Source: the human T2T-CHM13v2.0 reference genome, Homo sapiens
Reading direction: 5' to 3' (one strand)
DNA: 64,000 nt
Assembly (NCBI RefSeq): GCF_009914755.1
Contig: NC_060926.1
Numbering within the stretch: position 1 is the stretch's first letter; each line of letters starts with the position of its first letter. Below, piece after piece: positions 38,830 to 53,593 of the stretch. The notes below the pieces were generated by a model. It was not told the origin of the DNA. It saw only the letters and a list, made by a program, of their open reading frames with translations, and made no database searches. The translations under genes were made by a program, and so were the position numbers.

Positions 38830-39030
38830 TAATGTTGGCACTGCTAAGACCCTGATAGTTTGTTGTGAGAGGATGTTCTGTGCACTAAAGGATGATTAGC
38901 AGCATACCTGCCTTCTACCCACTAAATGCTAGTAGGACTCACACAGTTGTGATAATGAAAAGTGTCTGTAGACATTGCCAAATATCCCCAGAGAAGGGGA
39001 AGGAAAATCATCCCTGATTGAGATCCAGTG
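38830..39030. mobile_element. MER20-like hAT fossil
   Basis: tagcagcatacctgccttctacccactaaatgctagtag...gtgtctgtagacattgccaaatatccc. Confidence 0.75.
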
Positions 39031-39909
39031 ATGCAATAGGTTTTGTGTCTTTCTCATTGTACTAAGCAACTCAGATTCTTAAAAAATCTTTTATTCTTTT
39101 GACCTCATTTGTAAATAAAACCACTCCTAACATTATACCACTGCACCAATGCATCAAATTGAAATATAACTAGCAAGTCTTAGAGCATATAGGGAGGAGG
39201 CAGAGCTTTAATTGAGTGCTTGCATATGGATGAAAAAATTAATTAAAGCTGCAGTACTGTGTCATTAAAATCTCTGTGACATGTTAAATCACTGAGACGG
39301 CTCCTAAGGAATGTGAAGGTAAGATGTCTTTGCTAATTCTTTGGCATATAATACCACACTTGGAGACTTGCTTTGCTCCTTCCTCTGTTTCAGATTGTTT
39401 TCCTGGAGCTCATTAAACAATCTTCTGACTGCCTTCATAAACATTATTTGGAGCATTTTATTTTTTTAATCAATTCATCCTGTTTTCCTCAGACTCTCTC
39501 ATGCTCAGCACCATATTAAGTTCTGGCTGCCCTCTAATTTCCTCAATTTCTTATAGATTTATCATATCTACAATTTGTGAAGCTAAAATTCCAGAGGAAA
39601 AAAAAATTGAACCAGTTCAGAAAATCTGCAGCCATCTTAGGAGAGCAGAATCTAAGAAACTAATGCAGAAAAGCTTCAGATGCATCCGCTATTGGATAGA
39701 TACTTCAGATAGATGTGTTTTACAAAGCCAAAGTCAATAACTGGAAACCAGGGTATTAATACCATTGATCAAACCTTAATAATTTAAGAATTAGGGGGAT
39801 TAAACTCATATTGATGTCACTCTTATGACTATTGATCCTAAGGTGAAGAGGTTGAAAAGACTCAAAAGTTGTAGAAAACAGACTTAAACAATTTATAATA
39901 AATCTAAAT

Positions 39910-40600
39910 GTTGAGAAATGACTATTTACTAGACACTATTATTGAGTTACATGTATTAATTTTTTTCAAGAATCCTAGAAATAATTCTTATTTCTCAGAT
40001 ACAGGTGACAAAAATTGAGGCAAGGAAATATTAGGTAGATTATACAAGAGCAAATGGTAAGAACAAGATTCAAATTTAGCCAACCTACTTCTGAGTCAGT
40101 GCTCCTAAGATAGAATGGGGTTGATGTTAATATCCTTGTCTTCTGAGACCTCATTATCCCATAATTATGGAGATATCTTCGACAAATAGTTTATACATTT
40201 AAGTCTTAAGCCAGAATCCTGTAAGGTTAAAGTTAAGTTTCTTACGTTAAGTCAGTGAATTTTCTGGCAGGAAGTGAAAGAGAGGCTAGAGAAGAGACAA
40301 GTTCACCAGGATTTTCAAAGTAAATATTTTCGTGTTGTTTTGTTTTCTTGGATTTGATGTGAACGTTAGAGAAGATGGATATATACTTTAGGATAATAGA
40401 CATAATAGCTTTTTAAAAACATTATTAATGTGTTTCACACTTTGCAAAGCACTCACACATAAAGACTTCTCTAGCTTTTACTGCACATGCATGACACCCG
40501 TTTTAATGAAAAAACTGAGTGAGGTTAAGATCTATGACTTCATCAAGATTCCAACCACCCTGAAATTCTACCAGTGACCTTAATGATGGATTATTATACA
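39910..40600. mobile_element. Two MIR fragments (~39910-40110 and ~40410-40600)
   Basis: gatacaggtgacaaaaattgaggcaagg; aatgaaaaaactgagtgaggttaag. Confidence 0.5.
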
Positions 40601-40757
40601 GTGCCCAATTTGCGCTTGTTTCTTTTCCTAAAATTGCCAGCCTCCCCAAACACAAATAAGCATGCCAACATCCATATGCTCGCATCTCCCTATACACACA
40701 CAGTTCTCCTGAATGTCTCTTCTTTCTCTTAGATCCTCTGCATACAAGGAGTACATT

Positions 40758-41128
40758 TGTGTTAGGACATTATTGCATTGCTGTTAATAAATATCTGAGA
40801 CTGGGTAATTTACAAAGAAGAGTTTTAATTGGCTCATGGTTCTTCAGGCTTTACAGGAAGCATGGTGCTGGCATCTGCTCTGCTTCTAGGGAGCCTCTGG
40901 AAGCTTACAATTTTGGTGGAAGGTGAAGGGGAGCAGGCATATCACATGGCAGAAGCAGGAGCAAGTGAGAGAAAGGGTGGGTGGGGAGATGCCACATGCT
41001 TTTAAATGACCAGATCTTGTGATAACTCACTATGGAAGACAGCACCTGCTCCCACGACCCAAACACCTCCCCCCAGGCCCCACCTCCCACATGAGATTTG
41101 GGCGGGGACAAATATCCAAATAATATCA
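40758..41128 (-). mobile_element. MST (MSTA/B-like) solo LTR
   Basis: tgtgttagg...tgagactgggtaattta...ggctcatggttct...atccaaataatatca; TSD acatt/agatt. Confidence 0.88.
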
Positions 41129-42678
41129 AGATTCGTAAGTCTTCAGTTAACAAAAGTGCACTTAGCTACCTAAGAGTTCCTGGGATCCTTTTTGTTTACT
41201 TCCACAAGAGCCTAGGTTAGGGAATCATTGTGAGTTGATGTTTGGGTAATAGTTTATCATCAATACTCAAAAGTAAACTATGAAAATAATGGACAAAATA
41301 ATCTGGAAGTATATTCATTAGGAATATGTCTGAAACTTTTGTAGACTTGATATATTTGACCTTCTTTCCCCTCAAGAGCCTTTCTTGCAGGGGCAGGGAG
41401 GGAGAAAAGGACAACCTTGTTATAGTCAATTGAGATGTCATGTAACACTACCACTGCTAACAACAACATGCAGTCTACACCATTTTGCTCTTTGAAACAG
41501 ATAACTGCAGTTTCTCAACAAGAAGTTTCATTCTATAAAGGGTTGCCTGATTAAAGTGAAGGGGATTATATCAGGGCCTGCCCAGGATGGGGGTTGGGAA
41601 AAGGGTGATGAGGAGGCAGACGATGACAAAACCTGGAAGTACTATTTTAACAGATAGTCGTGATCATTTCAAAATACAAAGGCTTTCTTCCCTTATTACC
41701 AAACCTCTAGTTACAAATCACTTGTTCAATTCCACTGCTGTTACTAATATGATTACCAGTATCAAATATGATGTTTATTGTAAAAATGTCATATTTTAAA
41801 TAATAATCAGGGTTGGCTTAAAGAGGGCTTAGGAAAGGTAGCCAAAGGTGAGTTAGGACATTTTTCAAATTGAATTTTTTTCTTATTGATGTTAAAAGCC
41901 CTCATTTCTCCTGCCTACTCTATATTCCTCAAGCATTGCATATCACATTCTAGAACCAGATGGCTTAAGCAAAATGTTATTAGGCTGCTACCTAGCTACT
42001 TCCTCTTCTTTGCCCCTAGGATTCTGGGCACAGATTGGTTGCTGCCAGGCATCTGAAAGCTCCAAGGAGGGAAGACTATTCCCATCCCACTTTCTCTGTC
42101 CTCACAGCTGGAGAGGTGTCACCATGACAGCTGCACAGGTTTTCCAGCATCCTTAAACCATTCCTATTAAGCTCTACACACAGGAAATCTTCCTGTACCT
42201 CATAATTAGATGTGTGAAAGTAGTCAAAGTCGGAAAAATAGGAAATAGTGCTTTAGTGGCTAATCAGAGAAGTATGGTTATTTTATACTTTTAAGGGGCT
42301 CTTTCAAATGAATTTCAGTAAGACCTTGCATCATGTCTATCAAACATTTTATGCTTTAGCAAAGAGTTTTTAAAAATTAAAATATCACATTGGATAAGTT
42401 AAATATAGAAATAGAGAGAAATTTTTCAGGCTTATGGAACAGGCTGAGTCTGAAGTCTGACACCCAGAACTAAGAAAATTCAAGGCTACTTGCGTCCTAG
42501 AAAATAGCCAGGGTTTAGGAAACAGAGGAATCATGCTAGAGTTGCAAGAATATCAAGGACTTTATGCTGGAGGTGTAAGAATACCAAGGTTTTGAGTCAG
42601 TCAAACCTACTGTTGAAGACTGACCACATAATAGATACATGATAGTATGATTTCCACAGGTGATAGAAGGAAACACTA

Positions 42679-42994
<316 letters not shown>

Positions 42995-43369
42995 CTAATG
43001 CTTCTGTCTCACAATGCATACTTGCCCACTTGGCTTAGTACTGTCATATAGGTTAGTGCTCACCATATATCATTTTCTTTCATTTCCTGGGTTCCAGACA
43101 TGTCTTGAGGATCAGCCCAGATATGATGTTAATCTAATTGTACCTAACCAACTTCAGCAGGATCTGGACTACCTGAAGAGCTGCGGTAAAATAAGTGCCT
43201 CACTTCTCTGGTATCTTCTAAAGCTACCATTCTTAAGTGTTACCACCAAGATACTGGTGAAACTTGAGGACAGCACTAGAAAATTCATGACAGGCCAGAG
43301 AGCCTTCCTTTTCCCTCTCATTGATTCCATCTCTAATCATTGCATTTTATTTTATTTTTCTCCAAACGT

Positions 43370-43500
43370 AATATATATAGATTTTTATATACTATAGATA
43401 ATATATATTTTATATAATATATATATTTTTATATATATTTATATATTTTATATATTTTTATATATAATGTATATCTTATATATATTTATATATAATATAT
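43370..43500. repeat. (TA)n-rich low-complexity tract
   Basis: Seen directly. Confidence 0.85.
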
Positions 43501-43614
43501 TGTAGTTCTCTGGGTCTCACTGGGGGGGAAAAAACTGTCCTAGAAAGGATTTTACTTAATATTCCATTCTCAATTTCTACCAGCAACTTCCTGTATAACA
43601 TTAAAACATACAGT

Positions 43615-43920
43615 GGGTACAGTGGCTCATATCTGTGATCTCAACACTTTTGGAGGCTGAGGCAAGCGGACCATGAGATCAGGAGTTCGAGACCAACCTG
43701 GCCAACATAGTGAAACCCTGTCTCTACTAAAAATACAAAAAAATTAGCCGGGTGTGGTGGCAGGCGCCTGTAATCCCAGCTACTTGGGAGGCTGAGGTAA
43801 GGACAATCACTTAAACCTGGGAGGTGGAGGTTGCAGTGAGCCGAGATTGTGCCACTGCACTCCAGCACAGGTGACAGTGTGAGATTCTGTCTCAAAAAAA
43901 AAAAGAAAAAGAAAAAGAAA
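43615..43920 (+). mobile_element. AluS (Sg-like)
   Basis: Dimeric Alu; gaccatgagatcaggagttcgagaccaacctggccaac; A/GA tail. Confidence 0.9.
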
Positions 43921-44059
43921 ACCGAAAAAACACCATACAATGTTAGAGCTAAGATTGAGGTGTGAGTGTGTGTATATGTATCACAGCACACAGATGGATT
44001 ATTGTTAAGTCTTAGCAGTTGTAAGTATACTGACTTGGATTATTTGTTTTTGTTTGGTT

Positions 44060-44420
44060 TGGTTTACATGAAGGCTAAACTGGGTCTGGAGGATGCACTT
44101 CCAAGGTGGCTCCCTTGTGAAATGTGTACCTTTCTGAATGCTGGATAAAGGCCTCAGTTTCTCTTCACATGGAGCTCTCCATGTGACTCCTTAAGGATTC
44201 TCATGACATGGTACAGGCTTTCTCTGAGCCAGTGATACAAGACACCAAAGAGGAAGCTAGAATGCCTTTTATTATCTAGACTCCAAAGTCACATTGTGTC
44301 ATTCCACTGTATATCACAGAAGGCTACCCCTAATTCAGTGTAGAACAGGACTACACAAAAGAGTGAATAAGAGCAGGGAGCAGAATTAAAGACTATCTTG
44401 GAGACTGACTGCCTCATGCC
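44060..44420 (-). mobile_element. Old MLT1 LTR fragment
   Basis: ggtctggaggatgcacttccaaggtggctcc...ggcctcagtttctcttcacatggagctctcc. Confidence 0.6.
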
Positions 44421-44595
44421 TAATATTATGATAAATTAGCATTTCAGGATCTTTATGATCTTGTCCAAACCTTATCTTTCAATATAGTCTTCTAATCTAC
44501 TCTACAACGTATCTCCTACAGAGAAAAAAATATGAGTATTTTGCTGTTTTCTATTTACCTTCAAGGCTTTCTATCATCTAAGTCTTTTTTATGCT

Positions 44596-45020
44596 GCTAT
44601 GATTTGAATGTTTTTGTCCTCTCTAAAGTTCATGTTGAAATTCAATCCCCAGTGAAACAGTATTAGAAAGTGTGAACTTTAGGAGGGGATTGAGCATTGA
44701 GGGCTTCACCCTCATGAATTATTATATGCCCTTATAAAAACACCTTGATGGAAATTTCGTCCTTTTTTGCCCTCCTCCCTTCTGCCACATTAAGGGCACA
44801 GTATTTTTCTCCTTCAGGAAAGACAGCATTCAAGGAACCACCTTGTACGCAGACACTGAAACCTCGCGAGACAACAAAACTGCTGACACCTTGATCTTGG
44901 ACTTCCCAGCCTCCAGAACTATGTGAGACATAGAACTATGTGAGACATAAATTTATGTAAATTTGTAAATTAGCCAGTCTCTGGTATTGTCTTAAAGCAG
45001 CAAAACCAGACTAAGACTTA
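44596..45020 (+). mobile_element. MLT1A/MSTD-like solo LTR containing a 17-bp tandem duplication
   Basis: tgctatgatttgaatgtttttgtcc...ccttgatcttggacttcccagcctccagaact...gactaagac. Confidence 0.8.
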
Positions 45021-45170
45021 TACCCTTTCCCTATAATTAAAATTTCCTGTATATATATCCTCTTTATTCATGCCTACATGCCTCCAGAAACTTTTCTAAC
45101 CTTCATATTTACTTGTGGCTGTAATTAATCTCTTTTCACATTTTAAATTTTGTGTCCTTTTTTGCTTTAA

Positions 45171-45508
<338 letters not shown>

Positions 45509-45527
45509 TTCATATTGAATTCTGACT

Positions 45528-45814
<287 letters not shown>

Positions 45815-47483
45815 ATGACATTTTAAAATCTGGAATCAATTTTCAGTTCATCTGTTTAATGTTTACAGTAACTAGCATCACTGTATTTAGCATCATCATA
45901 GACTTTCAATAAATATTTGCTGAAGAAATTGATTTAAACTATCAGAGCAGATCACATAGGGAAAAAAGGTGGTAGACAGCTCATGAAAATTTTACTTCAA
46001 AGAAGGATATCTTGCCTTTTGCTAGGTAATTTAAAATAAATCTAAAACTAAGAATATTAACAGATTTAATATTTGATTAGCTATCTTATACAGACACATA
46101 AGCACATAATCTTTTAATCTAATTCTCACAACAAATCTGAAAAGTATCAAATTTCTTTTTCATTTATGAATTGAGGCTATAAGAGTTAGTAGGTAATAAA
46201 GTCCAAATGTGACCCTGAGTCACTTTGGATCTTACTCCTATGTTTTAACTGGTTTAAAATAGCATCCCAAGATTGTGTCTCATGAAATCTGTGCGAGAAA
46301 GAAGAACCTCACATTATTCTCATAATATTCAAATACATCAAACACTATGAGAAACTGATTAATGTTAAGTAATTACAAAATCACATTAGTTTTGACTAAA
46401 AGAGGCAGATGAATGAATTGATAAAGTTAGGTCAAGCTCTTGCTTCCAGTACATAAAAAATTTAGAGGTGTTAGTGTTATAATTTTCAAAAGCTGTTACA
46501 AAGATTTTACATACACATACTCAAGTATAAATTTACACAAACCTGATACTTTGTCAATATAAACTTCTAGAAAGGAACATATGTCTTAACCTTTATAGTA
46601 ATAAAATGACCTTTGTAGTCAAGAAACCTTGTTTCTCTTTAGAATAGGTATTGTGTAGATTTCAGGGCAAGGTAATTTCTAGTCCCTCCTCTGCCAACCA
46701 GAATCACTAGTAAGTACAACACCAGCAGTAGCCCAGGCCATATATTTGCATTTTGTTTGCAGATCTACCAGGATCTGATTGTATTGCCCCATTTTCAGAG
46801 TTGAAATGTATTATATGCTTACCCTAATGGCTGAGTGCCAGCTTTCCAACACTATTAAAAAAACTGACAAACTGACATTAACAAAGCAATAAGGAGTCAA
46901 CAGCGGACCCTTGGCTTTTATGTCCACCAGAAAGTCAGGCTCTGAAATGCCTTCCTGGCTGCCCTCTGGAAGTTGCTGCACCAACCACTGTGCAGTGGCA
47001 GAAAGATGTTTTCTTGCTGATCATGAAGGTCTTTAAAGATCACTATCTGCTGATTTAGGTTTATTGCCATTGTGAATGTGTCATACTAGTAATAAACCTC
47101 CACTTGTTTAAGCAAAAACAGTGGAGATTACTACTTTTGCATCTGGCAAACTTATAAATATAAAAAATGAATACACATAACGTGGAAAGGAAAAAATAGA
47201 GCAAATACTAATTTTGGGAATGAATTCCTAAGCAGTTGGGTGTGAGTAATGAGATAAGGTTAAATTATTGATCATGTATAACATGGATTATAAAATAATA
47301 TGAGTATATCCTAAAGTAAAATCTCAAAAAGTACACTTTCTAAAATAAAAATAAAATTAATCTAGTTTGTTTGGCGTTCTATGAAAAACACATTTTAGGG
47401 TCAGTTAATTTTGGGGATATTTGTTCTGATAAATGATTCAACATATATTTTGTCTAGTATTTGTTGCTCTTTTTCCTTTCTGC

Positions 47484-47539
47484 CATTGTTGCCTGCTCTA
47501 GTCAGACTTCTCATTGTTGCCTGCTCTAGTCAGACTTCT
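47484..47539. repeat. Perfect 28-bp tandem duplication
   Basis: cattgttgcctgctctagtcagacttct x2. Confidence 0.95.
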
Positions 47540-48241
47540 GATACCAGAGCTCATAGGTGAAGTAGATCAAAATTTCTATTGTCACAAAATCCCCTAAGTC
47601 CCAAGGTAAAATAAAATAATGATGTATATATATAGATATGTATAACTTTTGCCAATTTGTCCCTTTATTACCAATGACCACAGAAAGGTCTCTTTTTTTC
47701 CATCCGTTGAGTAAAATGCCCTTCTTTTTAATTTTGCAAGCACCCCATGTCTTTGAGCAGTTCTGTTAGCAAGATCTACATTCCTTGATTTGGGAAGAGC
47801 AGAGCACATACCTCCTTCTCTTGGGAGAAGAGAAAATCCAAAAGGAAATTTAGTCCTACAAATTCCTTTCAAAGTAGCTTTTCTTTTTTACACAGGCTCG
47901 AGGTATGTCAGGAGAGATGATACTCAAACCACCAAGTGCAGCTTTTCTTCTTATGTCCCACAGGATATGTTTGTAGCTCTATTTAGAATACTTAGCATAT
48001 TGATTTTAGCTTTGTAACTTTAACTGACATTCCAAGAAAAGAGAAAAAAAATCACACATTTAAAGTCCTGTTATTCTAGTTTAAAATAATCCATTCATGT
48101 TCTAATATTTTCATTGACTTAGGTTTCCTGCTTCTGTATGATTGAGGGTTACTCCAATTAAAGTGCTTTTCATCTTCAAAGTCTTTTACAAACAGTCATT
48201 ACTTACAGCTACATATGTAGTCAGGTAATGATTTTGGATTT

Positions 48242-48293
48242 CTCAGGGGCTTCCTGATTTATGTTTCCTCAGGGGCTTCCTGATTTATGTTTC
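48242..48293. repeat. Perfect 26-bp tandem duplication
   Basis: ctcaggggcttcctgatttatgtttc x2. Confidence 0.95.
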
Positions 48294-49389
48294 AAAATAC
48301 ATGATAATTAGCAATTCCTTCTAATTCTGCATAGAAGGTGACTCTTGCGTAAATCAGTAAGCCAGAGATAAGTTAGTTTGGACGTCAAATACATAGGGTA
48401 TTTTATCATTTTTCTTCTTTCCTACCTTCTTTCCTTCCTCCCTCTCTTCTTCCCTCTTTGTTTTTAATCATAGAGAATGATAGAAAACAATTTGACTTTT
48501 TCTCTTCCAGCAGTAAAGAGAATATCTATCTAATTTCAGAGTATGAAGGTGAGAGCAAAGGCAATGTATGTTTCTCCTCACACACAGCCCACAATGGTCA
48601 GAACAGAAAGGAAAATCAACCACTTAGTAGCAGGAGCTGCTTTTATACCCAGATATTTCCTAATATGTCTATCCTAATATTTCCTGTATATCTGTCCATC
48701 TCATCAGAAAGATGGTGACCATACATAGTTGTGAAAATCACTGAGTTGTCTTTTTCAAACCAGACAGTCTGGTTCTAAGATACTCTGTTGGTCCAAAGCA
48801 GAGCATAGATCATGCGTAATCCTACTTGATATTATTTCTTAAGCAATTTGATTATCTGATAAATGTAAAAAATGGTACTGTAACCACTAAAAAGTCAGGC
48901 CACTCAGTCAACCTAATGCAAAAGCCTGAGGGTGTTGCCATCATGGAGGGCAATCAGCTAGTATCACAGAAAACCATATGCTTATGGAAATCATTCTGTA
49001 AATATTTTATGAAAACTGTGGAGTATTGGCCTAAGAGTTATACATTACCATATCTAATATTAAGTAATGAAATGATACAGTCATTAGTTTATTGCTTAGA
49101 ATCTGGGCATTTTGAAACTATGAAAACCTATGTGGTACCAATGACACTAAGACTAACACAGGAATACATTTGGCATCCATTTTCTCTGATCATGACTCTT
49201 CTCTTCTCCCTCAGTCCTACTTGTCAAACTTCTTTATCCCTGCATTGTAAATCTACTAGTCTAAAGTATGTTACTGTATAAGTAAAAACCTTAGAAACTA
49301 TTCAGAACTCTTAAATAGGTATGAAGTCAAATGACATTTTATAACATATACAATAAGGAGTTTGTCAAAAGTTGATAAACTAAGTTCTA

Positions 49390-49804
49390 TGATATAGTAT
49401 GGTTATGTGTCCCCATCCAAATCTCATATTGAACTATAATCCTCAGTATTGGAGGTGGGGCCTGGTGGGAGGTGATTGGATTATGGGGGTGGATTTCTCA
49501 TAATAGTTTACCACCATCCCCTTGGTGCTGTCTTTATGATAGTGAGTGACCTCTCATGAGATCTGGCTGCTTAAAAGTATGTTGCATCTTGTTCTCTTTC
49601 TCTTGCTCCTACCGTATGAGATGTCTGCTCCCCCTTCACTTTCCACCATGATTGTGGGTTTCCTGAGGCCTCCCCAGAAGCTGAGCAAATGCCCCAAGCC
49701 ATACTTCCTATATAGCCTGCAGAATCATGAGCCAATTAAACCTCTTTTCTTTTTAAATTACTTAATCTCAGCTATCTCTTTTTAGCAATGTGAGAACTAA
49801 TACA
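49390..49804 (+). mobile_element. MST (MSTA/B-like) solo LTR; DUX4-type motif at 49473-49483
   Basis: tgatatagtatggttatgtgtccccatccaaatctc...gaactaataca; tgattggatta. Confidence 0.9.
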
Positions 49805-51273
49805 CTCCATCACCTATTACATATGTAACCTGTGGAAGCTGACTTGACATTCCTTAGTCACAAACTTTTTGTCTATCAAATGGGAAAAATAATATTCCTC
49901 TCATAGGTTTTTTGTGGACATTAATAATGTAGAAGGCTTGAGGTGATTTCTATTCTGCAACATGGCAGAATAGAAGGCTCCTGACTCTCTCTACCAGTAG
50001 GCACTCTGAATAAACATTTATTCACGTATTAATTCAATCTAAGATGAGTTAAGAGGCTTCCTCTTATCAACTAAGAAAACATTTGTATCAAACCAGCAAA
50101 AAAAGCTGAGGTACACTGAGGCATGGACCAGGGACCCCGGTATGTGAAATAAAATCAGGAAGGAATCCCAAACAGCCTGCTTCTCCCTGTGGAGACGAGA
50201 GTTTGGACAACACATATAGCACTCTAACTATAGTGCAGCTGTTAATTCACCAACTTCAAGAGCAGAGGAAATTAGGCATATGTGAGTCTCTTCAGACTAC
50301 AGAGAAAAAAGTGGCAGTTTTTTATGGGCATGCAAACATGTTCAAGAGCCTTGTCCCCTAAAAGCAATGCAGAGACGGGGCTTGAAAACAACTTCCTGTT
50401 TCTTTCCAGCAGGGGTTTATGATACAATCTTCCAGAGGCTATTTGATGGCCTGGCTTCTAACTTGCTTCAGGGAGCCATACAGGGACACAACAGTAGCCC
50501 TCTAGCAGCCTGAGTAGGAGCTCAGCACATGCTAAGCCTTTTCTTTGGCTCACCCCAGTGATAAATCCATGTCTAGCCATTCTACCTGGAAACACTTTAT
50601 GCATGCACCAAAGCCACAACTTTAGATTCCACCCATGAGACTGTTTGCTTGATGATCTAGTTCTGGGAGTCTACAGGACTTTGTCTTCCTGAGTCTCCTA
50701 AGACCACAGAAAACAAAGGGTTGGACATACAACAGAACAACTTCCAGTAGCTGTCTCCTCAGGGTCAGATAGTACAATATGAATATGAATATGGACCTTC
50801 CCCTCATATTTTTTGCCCAGCTTAGTGCAAAGTGAGAGACAAACACCTGTGTTTAGCTTCATTATGAAAATAGAAGGAACTAGGAAAACTTCATACTCCA
50901 ACCTTTCCAGCTATATCTAGAGAAACTGGTTTCTGACTTATCAGTCTTTGGGTGCTGATGGGACATTGCACATCATAATCTTCTGAGGACTACCAAAAAC
51001 AGAAGAAGCAATTCAGACAAACACAAAGATTAGAAGAGGCATCTTAAAATTTCTGGCCAGATAGATTGCTGAGATCATTCTCCTACACAACTACAATCTG
51101 AAAAGAATGGGAGAGACATATTTCTTATACAATGTGCAGAAACAAACACAGAAAAATCAAGAAAAAGAAACATGGAAATATATTCCAAATAAAAGAAAAA
51201 ATAAATATCTAAAAAAACAGTCTTAGTAGAATGAAGCTACCCAACAGGGAACTCAAAATAATGCTCATATAGA

Positions 51274-51697
51274 TGATAAAAACTTCAGCCAAATTAAATT
51301 TAAAGGAGTTTAACTGAGCAATGAATGATTCACAAATCGGGCAACTCCCAGAATCACAGCAGATACAGAGAGACTCCAGGGCAGTCATGTGGTAGAAAAA
51401 TATTTACAGACAAAAACAGGAAATGACATACAGAAATCAGCAGTGAGGTACAGAAACAGCTGGACTGATTACAGGTTGGCATTGCCTTATTGAACACAGT
51501 TTGAACACTTAGCAGTCTATGAGTGGTTCAAGTATTGTTGCTGGGATTGGCTAAGACTCAGTTATTGTTACAGGTGCATACTCCTAAGTCAGGTTTTCAA
51601 TTTTGTCTGACTATTAAGCTAGGTTACAGTTTATCCACAGGGACTCAAGTATAGAAGTACAGAGTCCTTCTCAGGCCATATTTAGTTTGCTTTAACA
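51274..51697 (-). mobile_element. MER57-family ERV1 solo LTR inserted in L1 ORF1
   Basis: Minus start tgttaaagcaaactaaatatggcctgagaaggactc; 4-bp TSD taga/aaga. Confidence 0.8.
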
Positions 51698-52949
51698 AAG
51701 ATGACCTCCGAAGACAGCAGAGCAATGCAAGGAAAAAAATCCCATTAATTTCAACAATAAGATAGAAAGTACAAAACATACCAGTCAGATATCATAGAAG
51801 TGAAGAAAACTATAACAACTAGAAAATTCAGTAGAGGGTTTCAACAGCAGACAAATCAAGAAGAAAAGTCAGTGAATTAGAAGACAGATACAAGAAAATC
51901 TTCTAATCTGGATCAGCAGAAGTAAAAAAGGAGTGATGAGTGAAGATAGCTTTAGAGATATATGAGACATCATCAAGTGAAACAACATACACATATTTGT
52001 TTTCAGGAGAAGAAGAAGAGAAAGACAGAAAACACAATCAAAGAAATAACGGCAATGACCCAAACCAGAACAGGTCATAATTGAATTGTCAAAATTTGAA
52101 GACAAAGGGAGAGTTTTGAAAGCAGTAAGGGAAAACTGAATTACTACGTACAAAGGAAACTTCTCATTGTATTATCAGAAGATTTTTCACCTGTAATCTT
52201 ACAGGCCAGAAGAGAGTGGAAAGATAGATACATTCACAACCCTGAAAGAAAAAAATATTGATAAAACATTCTCAGACAAATGAAGGTGAGAGAGTATATC
52301 ACCAGCAGACCTACATTATAGGAAATGCTAAAGGGAATTATTTAAGTTGAAGAAAGAAGACACAAAATTACAACATTAAAACATGAAAGTAAAAAAAAAA
52401 ACTGATAAAAATACATTGTCAAATCCAAAACACTAATACTGCAATGGTGGTTAGTAAAACCACCATTAAATATCTAAAATTAAGGTTAAAATGCAAAACT
52501 AATTAAAAGCAACTGAAATTACAACAATTTGTGGAAACATACAAATTATAAAAATTTGTTAATTGTAACACCAAAAACATAAAACATGAGAGGAGGGGGA
52601 GTATAGAATCTGTATATACAATCAAAAATTAAGTTGTTATCAGCATAAAGTAGCTTGTTCAGTATATGGTAATTATCTAATCCTCTAGGTAACTACAAAG
52701 CAAAAAAGCATATGATACACAAAAGATAAGATCCAAAGCATATTATGACAGAAAGCTGTCAGACCACACAGTAGAAGAGAGAAGAATAAAGAAACAAGGG
52801 ATACACATAATAACCAGGAAACAGCTAACAAAATGACAGGAATAAGTCCTTACCTGTCAGTCATACAAATTGATTATATTTCCCAATCAAAAGGCATTAA
52901 ACAAACAAACAAACAAAAACCAGTGGCTATTAAAACAAAACAAAACAGG

Positions 52950-53593
<644 letters not shown>

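Noticed and set aside
44915-44948. 17-bp tandem duplication agaactatgtgagacat x2
   Set aside because: Real, but an ordinary slippage event in a dead LTR; noted under the LTR feature.
47880-47908. Possible 7-nt microexon (ttctttttacacag|gctcgag|gtatgt)
   Set aside because: It is not frame-preserving, has no supporting neighbouring exons, and such matches are expected by chance in 64 kb.
51340-51356. Possible GAS/STAT1 site in MER57
   Set aside because: It reads ctcccagaa, which does not match TTCNNNGAA.
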